Assembly: GCF_022045235.1 (NCBI RefSeq)
Contig: NW_027266275.1
Coordinates: 992,001 to 1,056,000, forward strand
From: Haliotis cracherodii
Taxonomy: Eukaryota
DNA: 64,000 bases
Direction of reading: 5' to 3'
Program-made: the position numbers and the translations under genes
Notes under the pieces: generated by a model
What the model was told of the DNA's origin: nothing
What the model saw: the letters and a program-made list of their open reading frames with translations, nothing else
The model's database searches: none
Shown: positions 1 through 14,308 of the stretch, piece after piece
How the letters are laid out: every line of letters begins with the position of its first letter
Numbering within the stretch: position 1 is the first letter of the stretch

Positions 1-190
1 TGTACTCTTACAGGTGTAGTCCTCCAGGTGTACTCTTACAGGTGTCCTCCTTCAGGTGTACTCTTACAGGTGTCCTCCTTCAGGTGCACTCTTACAGGTG
101 TAGTCCTCCAGGTGTACTCTTACAGGTGTAGTCCTCCAGGTGTACTCTTACAGGTGTAGTCCTCCAGGTGTACTCTTACAGGTGTAGTGT
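1..190. repeat. 28-bp minisatellite TGTACTCTTACAGGTGTAGTCCTCCAGG (runs off the left edge)
   Basis: direct tandem units. Confidence 0.9.
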
Positions 191-1004
191 AGTTACCTGA
201 TGCAGATTTGTGGGTATACCAGGAAGAAACAAGTTTAGAACTGAAGGCTCTCAAAAGGACTTTCTAAAATAATCATATATCAGACACATGGTAATTTTTT
301 CAATCTTTATACAAAATCTTTGCTTGTTTCCTCCTCAAGACAAGAACATGGTTAGGCGAGGAATAGTAATACTTACTGTGTTCCTGGTAATATTGATTCT
401 TCGCAAGAGTCAGAGCTGCCTGTTTAAGACACATCTGTGAAGGCATTCAGTTATTTCAACACTCCATTATTTTTCAGGAATGGAGAATTGTTTGTCATCT
501 GTACATTATCTTGACCCAACAATTGAAGTAATTTCCACTTGGAAGAGACGGAGCTTTTTTTTACATTTATTGACAAGTGAATCATTTCATTTTATTCCCG
601 AAAACGTGTTGCCAGCGGGGTTCGAACATGTAATTTTCATCCTCAGCTACGGCAGCACATGAAGGAATGGTGTGAAATTAACTATTAGATATTTTCATAA
701 TTTTGCATAATGCTTAAAAGCGCAAAATAATATGTATATATCTTGTGTTATTCCTCGTACTTCACGCAAGGGCGACTCGCGCAGTATAAATACAGTCAAC
801 AAAGAGTTCTGGTTTATTTTTCAAATATTTTCAAAAAAAGAATATGTTGTGAAAGTGTAAAAGTAGGGATGGGTTTTAAGTAGGGGAATATCCCTGCAGG
901 GTCCCTGCTCCATTACCTTTAGGAATGGAGAGTTACTCCGACATAAACTCTCCACACAAACACTCTTACAGAAAATTGTCACTGATTCTGTTGTGAGTAG
1001 GCAT

Positions 1005-2670
1005 GATTCAGTAGTTAGTGGGCGTGTAGGACGCTGTGGATTGTCACTGATTCAGTAGTTAGTAGGCGTGTAGGACGCTGTGGATTGTCACTGATTCAGT
1101 TGTTAGTGGGTGTGTAGGAGGCTGTGGATTGTCACTGATTCAGTAGTTAGTGGGTGTGTAGGACGCTGTGGATTGTCACTGATTCAGTTGTTAGTGGGCG
1201 TGTAGGAGGCTGTGGATTGTCACTGATTCAGTAGTTAGTGGGTGTGTAGGACGCTGTGGATTGTCACTGATTCAGTAGTTAGTGGGTGTGTAGGACGCTG
1301 TGGATTGTCACTGATTCAGCAGTTAGTGGGTGTGTAGGACGCTGTGGATTGTCACTGATTCAGTAGTTAGTGGGTGTGTAGGACGCTGTGGATTGTCACT
1401 GATTCAGTAGTTATCGGTGTGTAGGAGGCTGTGGATTGTCACTGATTCAGTAGTTAGTGGGTGTGTAGGACGCTGTGGATTGTCACTGATTCAGTTGTTA
1501 GTGGGCGTGTAGGACGCTGTGGATTGTCACTGATTCAGTAGTTAGTGGGCGTGTAGGACGCTGTGGATTGTCACTGATTCAGTTGTTAGTGTGTGTGTAG
1601 CAGGCTGTGGATTGTCACTGATTCAGTTGTTAGTGGGTGTGTAGGACGCTGTGGATTGTCACTGATTCAGTGGTTAGTGGGTGTGTAGGACGCTTTGGAT
1701 TGTCACTGATTCAGTTGTTAGTGGGTGTGTAGGACGCTGTGGATTGTCACTGATTCAGTTGTTAGTGGGTGTGTAGGACGTTATGGATTGTCACTGATTC
1801 AGCAGTTAGTGGGCGTGTAGGACGCTGTGGATTGTCACTGATTCAGGGGTTAGTGGGTGTGTAGGAGGCTGTGGATTGTCACTGATTCAGTAGTTAGTGG
1901 ATGTGTAGGACGCTGTGGATTGTCACTGATTCAGTTGTTAGTGGGTGTGTAGGAGGCTGTGGATTGTCACTGATTCAGTAGTTAGTGGGTGTGTAGGACG
2001 CTGTGGATTGTCACTGATTCAGTGGTTAGTGGGTGTGTAGGAGGCTGTGGATTGTCACTGATTCAGTTGTTAGTGGGTGTGTAGGACGCTGTGGATTGTC
2101 ACTGATTCAGTAGTTAGTGGGTGTGTAGGACGCTGTGGATTGTCACTGATTCAGTGGTTAGTGGGTGTGTAGGAGGCTGTGGATTGTCACTGATTCAGTT
2201 GTTAGTGGGTGTGTAGGACGCTGTGGATTGTCACTGATTCAGTTGTTAGTGGGTGTGTAGGACGCTGTGGATTGTCACTGTTTCAGTAGTTAGTGGGTGT
2301 GTAGAACGCTGTGGATTGTCACTGATTCAGGAGTTAGTGGGTGTGTAGAACGCTGTGGATTGTCGCTGATCCAGTAGTTAGTGGGTGTGTAGGACTCTGT
2401 GGATTGTCACTGATTCAGTAGTTAGTGGGTGTGTAGGACGCTGTGGATTGTCACTGATTCAGTGGTTAGTGGGTGTGTAGGAGGCTGTGGATTGTCACTG
2501 ATTCAGTTGTTAGTGGGTGTGTAGGAGGCTATGGATTGTCACTGATTCAGGAGTTAGTGGGTGTGTAGGAGGCTATGGATTGTCACTGATTCAGTTGTTA
2601 TTGGGTGTGTAGGAGGCTGTGGATTGTCACTGATTCAGTAGTTAGTGGGCGTGTTGGGAGCTTTGGATTG
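1005..2670. repeat. 44-bp minisatellite, ~38 copies
   Basis: GATTGTCACTGATTCAGTAGTTAGTGGGTGTGTAGGACGCTGTG. Confidence 0.95.
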
Positions 2671-2889
2671 CCATTCTGTAATGAAAATCTCTAACCCTAA
2701 AATCAGCAACAGTTTTCACCTTCTAGCCTATTTAAGGTCTCAAGTGGGCCAGTTTACTTCAGCATGATACTTCTCATAGTGGTGGGTTCTGATACCAGTT
2801 TGCCTTGATTTGTTTCTGGTTTTGTCATCATCATGCCTGTACTTGTTTGCTAAATGTCAATGTGGAAAAATCAAGCCAACGTCACACAT

Positions 2890-3588
2890 GCCACCACTAC
2901 CATCACTCCCCCCACAGCAACCACAGGACCCACCACTACAACCACAGAACCACAATCACACCACACCACCACAACCACACCACCACAACCACACCACCAT
3001 AACCACACCACCATAACCACACCACCACAATAACCACAATCACCACAACAACACAACCACACCACCAAAGTCACACCACCACAACCACAATCACAGAACC
3101 ACAATCACACCACACCACCACAACCACACCACCACAACCACACCACCACAACCACAGAACCACACAACAACCACAGAACCACAATCACACCACACCACCA
3201 CAACCACACCACCACAACAACCACAACCACACCACCACAACCACAGAACCACAACCACACCACCAAAAACACACCACCACAACCACACCACCACAACCAC
3301 ACCACCACAACCACAACCACACCACCACGACCACACCACCAAAACCACACCACAACAACCACACCACCACAACTACACAACCACACCACAAAAACCACAC
3401 CACCACAACCACACAACCACAACCACACCACCAAAACCATACCACCATAACCACACCACCAGAACAACCACACCACCACAACAACACAACAACCACACAA
3501 CCACAGAACCACACCACCACAACCACACCACCATAACCACACCACCATAACCACACCACCACAATAACCACAATCACCACAACAACTA
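2890..3588. repeat. AC-rich low-complexity repeat (ACCAC/ACAAC)
   Basis: composition. Confidence 0.9.
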
Positions 3589-4169
3589 CACGTGACCGTC
3601 CAGAAGAATTCCAACATCCAGCATCAGATGTGTGGTAGCAGAGAGGCTGCATCCATGACTGTAGCATCCATGTAGTGCCGACTGCCATCATTCCCTGCTG
3701 CAGCACAACCAAGCCAGTATGTTCACTGTGGTGCCAGGATGAGGATCTGCGACATCCCTAACTCTGCAGTCCCATATCTACACTACACAATACCCAAAGG
3801 GCTGTTAGAGAAATAGAATTACAGCACACAGTCACCCTTATTCATGGTACAAGAAAGACAGTATTACCATGTTTGTTGAGACAAATCAGTCATAAAGATT
3901 CTGGGTCTAGTTGAGCTCTCTGTATGCGTATTGTGTATCATTGTAATGTTCCTTGTGAGCATCCCCTGCCTCAACATGACCACAGTCTGGCAGGCAGGAT
4001 GGTGCTGAGGATGTGGGGAACCAGGTTCAGTGTAAAACAATCCCTATTGAAGACTTATACTAAAAGTTAGGTATATCAACTTGCTTTGGAAGTGTGTATA
4101 TGTGTTGGCCTTCTGTTTAGAAGCTGGTTGGCCACCTGTTTAGAAAGGCCCGTCATAGCAGGCTACCTT

Positions 4170-6852
4170 TCCCACCTTGTCCACTTCTGTAGATGTCCTT
4201 GTCCACTTCTGTAGATGTCCTTGTCCACTTCTGTAGATGTCCTTGTCCACTTCTGTAGATGTCCCACCTTGTCCACTTCTGTAGATGTCCCACCTTGTCC
4301 ACTTCTGTAGATGTCCTTGTCCACTTCTGTAGATGTCCTTGTCCACTTCTGTAGATGTCCAACCTTGTCCACTTCTGTAGATGTCCTTGTCCAGTTCTGT
4401 AGATGTCCTTGTCCACTTCTGTAGATGTCCCACCTTGTCCACTTCTGTAGATGTCCTTGTCCACTTCTGTAGATGTCCTTGTCCACTTCTGTAGATGTCC
4501 AACCTTGTCCACTTCTGTAGATGTCCTTGTCCACTTCTGTAGATGTCCTTGTCCACTTCTGTAGATGTCCCACCTTGTCCACTTCTGTAGATGTCCCACC
4601 TTGTCCACTTCTGTAGATGTCCAACCTTGTCCACTTCTGTAAATGTCCTTGTCCACTTCTGTAGATGTCCTTGTCCACTTCTGTAGATGTCCTTGTCCAC
4701 TTCTGTAGATGTCCCACCTTGTCCACTTCTGTAGATGTCCTTGTCCACTTCTGTAGATGTCCTTGTCCACTTCTGTGGATGTCCCACCTTGTCCACTTCT
4801 GTAGATGTCCTTTTCCACTTCTGTAGATGTCCTTGTCCACTTCTGTAGATGTCCTTGTCCACTTCTGTAGATGTCCTTGTCCAGTTCTGTAGATGTCCTT
4901 GTCCACTTCTGTAGATGTCCCACCTTGTCCACTTCTGTAGATGTCCTTGTCCACTTCTGTAGATGTCCTTGTCCACTTCTGTAGATGTCCCACCTTGTCC
5001 ACTTCTGTAGATGTCCCACCTTGTCCACTTCTGTAAATGTCCTTGTCCACTTCTGTAGATGTCCTTGTCCACTTCTGTAGATGTCCTTGTCCAGTTCTGT
5101 AGATGTCCCACCTTGTCCACTTCTGTAGATGTCCTTGTCCACTTCTGTAGATGTCCTTGTCCACTTCTGTAGATGTCCCACCTTGTCCACTTCTGTGGAT
5201 GTCCCACCTTGTCCACTTCTGTAGATGTTCCACCTTGTCCATTTCTGTAGATGTCCAACCTTGTCCACTTCTGTAGATGTCCTTGTCCACTTCTGTAGAT
5301 GTCCTTGTCCACTTCTGTGGATGTCCCACCTTGTCCACTTCTGTAGATGTCCCACCTTGTCCACTTCTGTAGATGTCCTTGTCCACTTCTGTAGATGTCC
5401 TTGTCCACTTCTGTGGATGTCCCACCTTGTCCACTTCTGTAGATGTCCCACCTTGTCCACTTCTGTAGATGTCCTTGTCCACTTCTGTAGATGTCCCACC
5501 TTTTCCACTTCTGTAGATGTCCCACCTTGTCCACTTCTGTAGATGTCCTTGTCCAGTTCTGTAGATGTCCCACCTTGTCCACTTCTGTAGATGTCCCACC
5601 TTGTCCACTTCTGTAGATGTCCCACCTTGTCCACTTCTGTAGATGTCCCACCTTGTCCATTTCTGTAGATGTCCCACCTTGTCCACTTCTGTAGATGTCC
5701 CACCTTGTCCACTTCTGTAGATGTCCCACCTTCTCCACTTCTGTAGATGTCCCACCTTGTCCACTTCTGTAGATGTTCCACCTTGTCCATTTCTGTAGAT
5801 GTCCCACCTTGTCCACTTCTGTAGATGTCCTTGTCCACTTCTGTAGATGTCCTTGTCCACTTCTGTGGATGTCCCACCTTGTCCACTTCTGTAGATGTCC
5901 CACCTTGTCCACTTCTGTAGATGTCCTTGTCCACTTCTGTAGATGTCCTTGTCCACTTCTGTAGATGTCCTTGTCCACTTCTGTAGATGTCCTTGTCCAC
6001 TTCTGTAGATGTCCCACCTTGTCCACTTCTGTAGATGTCCAACCTTGTCCACTTCTGTAGATGTCCTTGTCCACTTCTGTAGATGTCCCACCTTGTCCAC
6101 TTCTGTAGATATCCAACCTTGTCCACTTCTGTAAATGTCCTTGTCCACTTCTGTAGATGTCCTTGTCCACTTCTGTAGATGTCCTTGTCCACTTCTGTAG
6201 ATGTCCTTGTCCACTTCTGTGAATGTCCCACCTTGCCTACTTCTGTAGATGTCACAGCTTGTCCACTTCTGTAGATATCCCGCCTTGCCTACTTCTGTGG
6301 ACGTAACAACTTGCCTACTTCTGTAGATATCCTGCCTTGCCTACTTCTGTAGATATCCTGCCTTGCCTACTTCTGTGGACGTCACAACTTGCTTACTTCT
6401 GTAGATATCCCGCCTTGCCTACTTATGTAGATATCCCGCCTTGCCTACTTCTGTAGATATCCCGCCTTGCCTACTTCTGTGGATGTCACAACTTGCCTAC
6501 TTCTGTAGATATCCCACCTTGCCTACTTCTGTAGATGTCACAGCTTGCCTACTTCTGTAGATGTCCCGCCTTGCCTGCTTCTGTAGATGTCACAGCTTGC
6601 CTGCTTCTGTAGATGTCACAGCTTGCCTACTTCTGTAGATGTCCCGCCTTGCCTGCTTCTGTAGATGTCCCGCCTTGCCTGCTTCTGTAGATGTCCCGCC
6701 TTGCCTGCTTCTGTAGATGTCACAGCTTGCCTGCTTCTGTAGATGTCCCGCCTTGCCTGCTTCTGTAGATGTCACAGCTTGCCTGCTTCTGTAGATGTCA
6801 CAGCTTGCCTACTTCTGTAGATATCCCACCTTGCCTACTTCTGCAGATTACC
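4170..6852. repeat. 22/26-bp minisatellite, about 110 units
   Basis: CCTTGTCCACTTCTGTAGATGT with or without CCCA; variant units after ~6230. Confidence 0.95.
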
Positions 6853-7018
6853 GGAGCTGTCTGCTAGCCTAGTGGTTAAAGCGTTCACTCTTCCTGCCGA
6901 AGACCCGGGTTCGATTCCTGACATGGGTACAATGTGTGAAGACCATTTCTGGTGTCCCCCGACGTGATATAGCTAAAAGCTGCATAAAACCATACTCACT
7001 CACTCATACACTCTCTCA
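6853..7018 (+). mobile_element. tRNA-derived SINE with (ACTC)n tail
   Basis: A-box-like TAGCCTAGTGG, B-box GGTTCGATTCC, ACTC tail, TSD ctgcagattacc/ctgtagattacc. Confidence 0.85.
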
Positions 7019-7734
7019 CTGTAGATTACCCACCTTGCTTTTGGATGCAAATGTAGTGATTGCCTGGAGTCCTGTTCAATATGACAGACATGTTAGATGT
7101 GTAGTCGTACTGGCCTCAGGGCAATCATTTTGCTGGAATTGTGAAATGAGCTCTACTTTAGCAGATTAAACACAATCTCCACTAGCTCAACGTGCTTTAT
7201 AAGGCAAACTCTCTGTCAGAGTGCTGAAATGGGGTGAACCCTAATCAGGTTTGAGTTTTCACTGGAGTTAGGCTGAATGGAGTTACTGTGTTATCAATCA
7301 TGCGGTGATAGAGATGATGTATCGCCCTGCCCAGCCAGACTCCAGCAGTAGATCAGTCTATTTCAGAGATGAATTGAGTGAAAAAGTGCTATCTCTAATA
7401 TATTCTCACCAGTGTGTCATGGAAGTCCAAGTGACAGTCACATTATGATCGGTACACCTTTTATCAAAGCAGTACAGCACACAGCACTTTATCACCCGGA
7501 CTCCGGTCTCGATTGATTGTCGTCATCATGACTGCCACATAAAAAAGCCTTAATTGCAGAACTTAAATGGAACAGTTGATCTGATCAGTCATATTTCATG
7601 ACATTTTATCACCAAACTCTGAGCACCTGCAAGTATCTGAGTGTGGAGGAAAGTGCCTGAGAATCAGACGACTAACAAGTGGGTTCTCTCCCGTATTCAA
7701 CAATGTTTCCTGGCAGTTTAGTATATATTTTAAG

Positions 7735-8195
7735 TTGAAGGTGGCACTTTGACTGGTGGAATATGCACTTTGTAAAATGGTGCTTTGACTGGTGGAATAT
7801 GCACTTTGTAAGGTGGTGCCTTGACAGGTGGAATATCCACTTAGTAAGAAGGAACTTGGACAGGTGGAATATGCACTTAGTAAGGTGGCACTTGGACAGG
7901 TGGAATATGCACTTAGTAAGAAGGAACTTGGACAGGTAGAATATGCACTTAGTAAGGTGGCACATTGACAGGTGGAATATGCACTTAGTAAGGTGGCACT
8001 TGGACAGGTGGAATATGCACTTAGTAAGAAGGAACTTGGACAGGTAGAATATGCACTTAGTAAGGTGGCACATTGACAGGTGGAATATGCACTTAGTAAG
8101 GTGGCACTTTGACAGATGGAATATCCACTTAGTAAGGTGGAATTTTGACTTGTGGAATATGCACTTTCTAAGGTGGACCTTTGACTGGTGGAATA
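7735..8195. repeat. 36-bp minisatellite, ~13 copies
   Basis: GACAGGTGGAATATGCACTTAGTAAGGTGGCACTTG. Confidence 0.9.
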
Positions 8196-8219
8196 TGTAA
8201 CAAAACTAATACTCGCATC

Positions 8220-8880
8220 CACAAACACACCCACACAACCACACAGCTACAACCACTACAACAGCACCACTACAACCACACAACTACAACCACACCATTG
8301 CAACTACATGACTACAACTACAACCACACAACTACAAATACAACCACACCACCACAACCACACATCTATATTGACACCCCTACAACTACAACCACATAAG
8401 GACAACCACTACAACTACACAACTACAACCACACCACTACATCCCAAACCACTACACCCACACCACTACAACTACACAACTACAACCACACCACTACAAC
8501 CAACACCACTACAACCACACCACTACATCCCAAACCACTACACCCACACCACTACAACCGCACCACTACAACCACACCACTACAACCACACCGCTACACC
8601 CACACCACTACAACCGCACCACTACACCCCACACCACTACAACCACACCACCACACCCCACACCACTACAACCACACCACTACACCCCACACCACTACAA
8701 CCACACCACTACAACCACACCACTACACCCCACACCTCTACAACCACACCACTACAACCACACCACTACAACCACACCACTACACCCCACACCACTACAA
8801 CTACACCACTACAACCACACCACTACACCCCACATCACTACAACCACACCACTACAACCACACCACTACACACAACACAA
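8220..8880. repeat. AC-rich low-complexity repeat (CACCACTACAACCA)
   Basis: composition and 14-bp periodicity. Confidence 0.9.
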
Positions 8881-9767
8881 TGACATGCCCATCCACATCC
8901 ACATCTTTCCCTTGTGTGACACTGCAGGAATATTTCTGTAAATGGTTTATGATCCTGCTCACTCACTGAAGCAGACACTGTGAGTTATTTTACTCTGACA
9001 TTGTGTCAAAGACTAGCGTCCTGCTCCCTATCAGACAGGCTGAAGACTTTGTTGCAGTCCAATGTAGAATCCCAGACAGTTGATGAGCTGCACGTGCAGT
9101 AGAGGGGAAAAGGGTGAAAAAACAATCTTCTAAATCAGCTTGTTACATATTCAAGGTGGTATGTATTTAGCTTCTAACCAAGCTTTAGGGCCAAATGTAG
9201 AGATTGAATGGTTGCCCTATCAACAGTGGATGGAAGGTCATCTCTACAAGATAAAATGGTTTTGTAATACCTGTCTCAGATTCCAGCCATTAAAACTATA
9301 GACCCATACCGTTCTGTGCAGCACATATAAAACTGTTGGCAGCCTTTATTACAAGACATAACACTGTAGAAGAATTGAAAGAACTCATTTTTTTTGGTCA
9401 TTAAATCCCAATAACTGTTGAGAAAATCCTTCCTGGAGTTCCTACTTGCTTCTGGGAGGGAAGAGGTGATCTTGAGGGGAGATTTTAGGAGGTGTGTATT
9501 GTAAATCTATTGGGGCGTTGAGGACAGAAAACTACCGTAAGAGAAATGGTAAAAAAGGTTATAAGATTGCAGGAGATCACTATTGGCAACAACTCACTAA
9601 GATAATCTCAATGATGGCATTTCAAGTAAGCCATGTTGAATTTTTATCTCAATCTATGAAAAACATTAAATATCGCACCGTTTATTATGTGTTTCTTTCC
9701 AACTTATAAGCTTCAATTTAAAACAAATGATAACCTGGATAACTTCAAATCAGCATACAGGCTTTAT

Positions 9768-10866
9768 TAGTGTTATCTGATGATATGGTTACTTCACATG
9801 GAAATCTTGGCCTGGTGTTATCTGATGATGTGGTTACTTAACATGGACATCCTGGCCTAGTGTTGTCTGATGATATGGTTACTTCCCATGGACATCCTGG
9901 CCTAGTGTTATCTGATGATGTGGTTACTTCCCATTGACATCCTGGCCTAGTGTTATCTGATGATGTGGTTACTTCCCATTGACATCCTGGCCTGGTGTTA
10001 TCTGATGATGTGGTTACTTCACATGGACATCCTGGCCTAGTGTTGTCTGATGATATGGCAACTTCCCATTGACATCCTAGCCTAGTGTTATCTGATGATA
10101 TGGTTACTTCCCATTGACATCCTGGCCTAGTGTTGTCTGATGATGTGGTTACTTAACATGGACATCCTGGCCTAGTGTTGTCTGATGATGTGGTTACTTC
10201 ACATGGACATCCTGGCCTAGTGTTGTCTGATGATATGGTTACTTCCCATGGACATCCTGGCCTAGTGTTATCTGATGATGTGGTTACTTCCCATTGACAT
10301 CCTGGCCTAGTGTTATCTGATGATGTGGTTACTTCACATGGACATCCTGGCCTAGTGTTGTCTGATGATATGGCAACTTCCCATTGACATCCTAGCCTAG
10401 TGTTATCTGATGATGTGGCAACTTCCCATTGACATCCTGGCCTAGTGTTATCTGGTGATGTGGTAACTTCCCATTGACATCCTGGCCTAGTGTTGTCTGA
10501 TGATGTGGTTACTTAACATGGACATCCTGGCCTAGTGTTGTCTGATGATATGGCAACTTCCCATTGACGTCCTAGCCTAGTGTTATCTGATGATATGGTT
10601 ACTTCCCATTGACATCCTGGCCTAGTGTTATCTGGTGATGTGGTAACTTCCCATTGACATCCTAGCCTAGTGTTACCTGATGATATGGTAACTTCACATG
10701 GACATCCTGGCCTAGTGTTATCTGATGATGTGGTTACTTTACATGGACATCCTGGCCTAGTGTTGTCTGATGATATGACAACTTCCCATTGACATCCTGG
10801 CCTATTGTTATCTGATGATGTGGTTACTTCACATTGACATCCTGGCCTAGTGTTATCTGATGATGT
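9768..10866. repeat. 45-bp minisatellite, ~24 copies
   Basis: TAGTGTTATCTGATGATGTGGTTACTTCCCATTGACATCCTGGCC. Confidence 0.95.
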
Positions 10867-11854
10867 GAGATGAACTGCTCCAGCTGAGGGGTTAGCGTCA
10901 GACAGGCAGGACTATTGACTGGTTAGAGTATGTTACAATGAAGTTTAATTTGTCATACAAACAAATATATCCAATACAGCCGATGCAAGTCTATAATGTT
11001 TGGCAAGTCTAGATTAGTGCAGTATCTGAACATGAAGAAAGACTTTTTATTGTATTTTATAACTGTTTTTTTCTGTAAAAAATGTTCATTTCAGAGACTA
11101 GATGTTAGTCTAAATAAAGCTGTACACATGCAGATGTTTGGATACAGTTCCTTGTGTACACAACAGTGGATCAGGTGTCAGGATCAGTGAAGTATTAAAC
11201 AAAATACAAGTGGTAAGCATGAATAATTTTCAGATATTTATGAGAATTAATGAGAACATAAACAATGACTGTTTGAGTCATCAGTAATAATAAGTGTATT
11301 TATGGACCTCAAATGTTGAAAGGACAGAAGTTTGAGTGAATGAAATATACGATTACTGACACTTATAGCAAGTAGGCTCTGTGACAATATTTCTGATGGC
11401 TATTCTGCCTGTTTGAAAGGCTGCACAGGATTGAGTGTAATTGGGAAGGGAGGGGTTCCTTGAACCATGTCAATCACTTGTCCACTCACCACATATGCAT
11501 ACAATTTTCTTCATGTCTGCAGATGATTGGGAGAATTGAGCAGTAATTGCAGGAAATTTCGTCAACTTGAGGAAAGGTTGTTCTTAGTGCTTTCCGGAAA
11601 TTGTTAAAAGAATCTATTTATGTTGAGAAACCATATCCTGTCTTTCATGGCATCTAAATAATCCTGACATGACTCTTAATTAATGCCTTGTTGTCATGTG
11701 TAATTTACTGTTTAATTATGTTTTATCCTAATATTTTGTTTCCGGCTGTTACACTGGCGCTGGCAGCCCCCTCTGTGACGAGGGGTGCACTGTTTCCTCC
11801 TTGTATGCCCACTTCCTGCAGGGATGCAGATTGTCGGGACGATTAACAGTACCT

Positions 11855-12965
11855 GTAGGCAGATTGGGAAGCATTGTAGGCAGACTGAGATCTAGTGTAG
11901 GCAGACTGAGACACAGTGTAGGCAGACTGAGATATACTGTAGGCAGACTGAGATATAGTGTAGGCAGACTGAGACACAGTGTAGGCAGACTGAGATATAG
12001 TGTAGGCAGACTGAGACACAGTGTAGACAGACTGAGATATAGTGTAGGTAGATTGACATAGTGTGTAGGCAGATTGAGATTAGTATGGGCAGAGTGAGAC
12101 ACAGTGTAGGCAGATTGAGATATAGTGTAGGCAGATTGACATAGTGTGTAGGCACATTGAGATTAGTATAGATAGATTGAGGCACAGTGTAGGCAGACTG
12201 AGATATAGTGTAGGCAGATTGACATAGTGTGTAGGCAGATTGAGATTAGTATAGGTAGATTGAGACACAGTGTAGACAGACTGAGATATAGTGTAGGCAG
12301 ATTGACATAGTGTGTAGGCACATTGAGATTAGTATGGGTAGATTGAGATATAGTGTAGGCAGATTGACATAGTGTGTAGGCAGATTGGGATTAGTATAGG
12401 TAGATTGAGACAAAGTGTAGGCAGATTGAGATATAGTGTAGGCAGATTGACATAGTGTGTAGGCAGATTGAGATTAGTATAGGTAGATTGAGACACAGTG
12501 AAGGCAGACTGAGATATAGTGTAGGCAGATTGACATAGTGTGTTGGTAGATTGAGACACAGTGTAGGCAGATTGAGATGTTGTGTAGGCAGATTGAGATA
12601 TTGTGTACCCAGATTGAGATATTATGTAAGTAAATTGTGACACAACATAGTCAGATTGAGATATTGTGTAGGTAGATTGAGATATAGTATAGGCAGAATG
12701 AGATATAGTATAGGCAGATTGAGATACAGTTTCTACCAGTTGAGATATAGTGTAGGCAGAATGAGATATAGTAAACGCAGGTTGAGATATAGTATAGGCA
12801 GATTGAGATATATTGAGATATAGTGTAGGCAGATTGAGATATAGTGTAGGCAGAATGAGATATAGTATAGGCAGATTGAGATATAGTATAGGCAGATTGA
12901 GATATAGTATAGGCAGATTGAGGTATAGTATAGGCAGATTAAGATACAGTTTCTATCAGTTGAGA
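11855..12965. repeat. 21-bp minisatellite with 84-bp higher-order structure
   Basis: GTAGGCAGATTGAGATATAGT variants. Confidence 0.92.
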
Positions 12966-13649
12966 TATTTGTTCCTGTAATATTTTTTTCTCTATATTTT
13001 TTTCTCTCTGCTTTATTTATGGATTTTGCTTTCAGTAAGTATTGTTGCGGTGTGCTTGAATGTCTACTTAAGGCGTCCATAGTTAGGATGTAGAAGTTCT
13101 AGCAGTGTTATCTTGTTCCTATTAGGACATGCTTATGGTTTGGAATTTCTACCTTTTGTCAACAGTTAAAAAAGAGTTGTTATAAACTTGTTTGCCAACA
13201 ATTGTGGTTCTGGTGAACAAACAGTTGTGGCTGCGATGAAGTGTTGTGACTACTGCATGGGCGGAGGCAGTAGGGGAGTACAAGCATGTGTGTCTGCAGC
13301 TGCATGTGACGGCGGCTGGGGTGGGGTGGGGTGGGGGGGACAGCCACTGTAATGCTGCTACCAACATCATATGGTCCACACTTGTCCCACCACAACCTCC
13401 ATCACTTCCATCAGGAACAATGTCCACGCTATAACGAGGGGATCTCCGTCTCGGGGGATAAAACACTGGCCATTGTTCACACGATCACATTGCCCGACTC
13501 TCGATGTATCACAGTGTTTGAAGTGAAGTGCCCGTAGTGTAACAGCAAAATTAATGTCATACATTTAAAGTTTTGTCTCCAGTAATCCATGTCAAATTGA
13601 ACAACATCATAGAGAATCAATGTCGGTAATGAATGTTTATACAGGAAGG

Positions 13650-13960
13650 GTTGTTACAGTGACCGATTAGTGAGTTAATCTGCCAGGTCGGTTGTTACAG
13701 TGACCAGTCAGTTAGTTGATCAAGCAGGCGGGTGATCAGTGAGTGGTCATTTGGTCTTGTTGCTATGGGGACCAATGAGTTGGGAGATCAGCAAGGCTGG
13801 TTGTCATGGTGACCGATGAGTTATTTGATCAGCCAGGCTGGTTGTCACGGTGACCGATGAGTTAGTTGATCAGCCAGGCTGGTTGTTACAGTGATCAGTG
13901 AGTGGTCATTGGTCTTGTTGCTATGGGGACCAATGAGTTTTGGGATCAGCCAGACTGGTT
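13650..13960. repeat. degenerate tandem repeat
   Basis: recurrent GGTTGTTACAGTGACC / TTGATCAGCCAGGCTGG. Confidence 0.65.
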
Positions 13961-14308
13961 TCTTTGTGTTATAAGTCGCCAGGCAGCAGGAATTTGAGCT
14001 TCCAACCTAAATGTATTTAAGTTGCTATGGATATATCAAATGACTATCTTAAGAAACAGCATCTTTGTGACTGCCATATGTGAACTTGGAAATCTGTGGT
14101 GTGACCCAAGGAAATTGATAACGTAAGCTGGTATTTGTTTCCTCCATTGTCATCGAATCATCGACTTCCCCTTGTTATGAAGTGTGTACACTGAAGTCAA
14201 TTTGTCTAGACATAATCAGCTTGAGCATGGCAGAGGATGGAACTCTACCTGACATTTGGAATAGTGATTGAAGATGGTGGTGACGCTCCACAACAACATG
14301 TCCTGTTA

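Noticed and set aside
4140-6255. Three 676-700 aa ORFs on the minus strand
   Set aside because: All three frames are open because the 22/26-bp unit lacks stops; periodic nonsense peptides, antisense within a presumed intron.
6860-6925. tRNA gene
   Set aside because: A/B boxes present, but followed by a SINE body, ACTC tail and TSD; no convincing cloverleaf.
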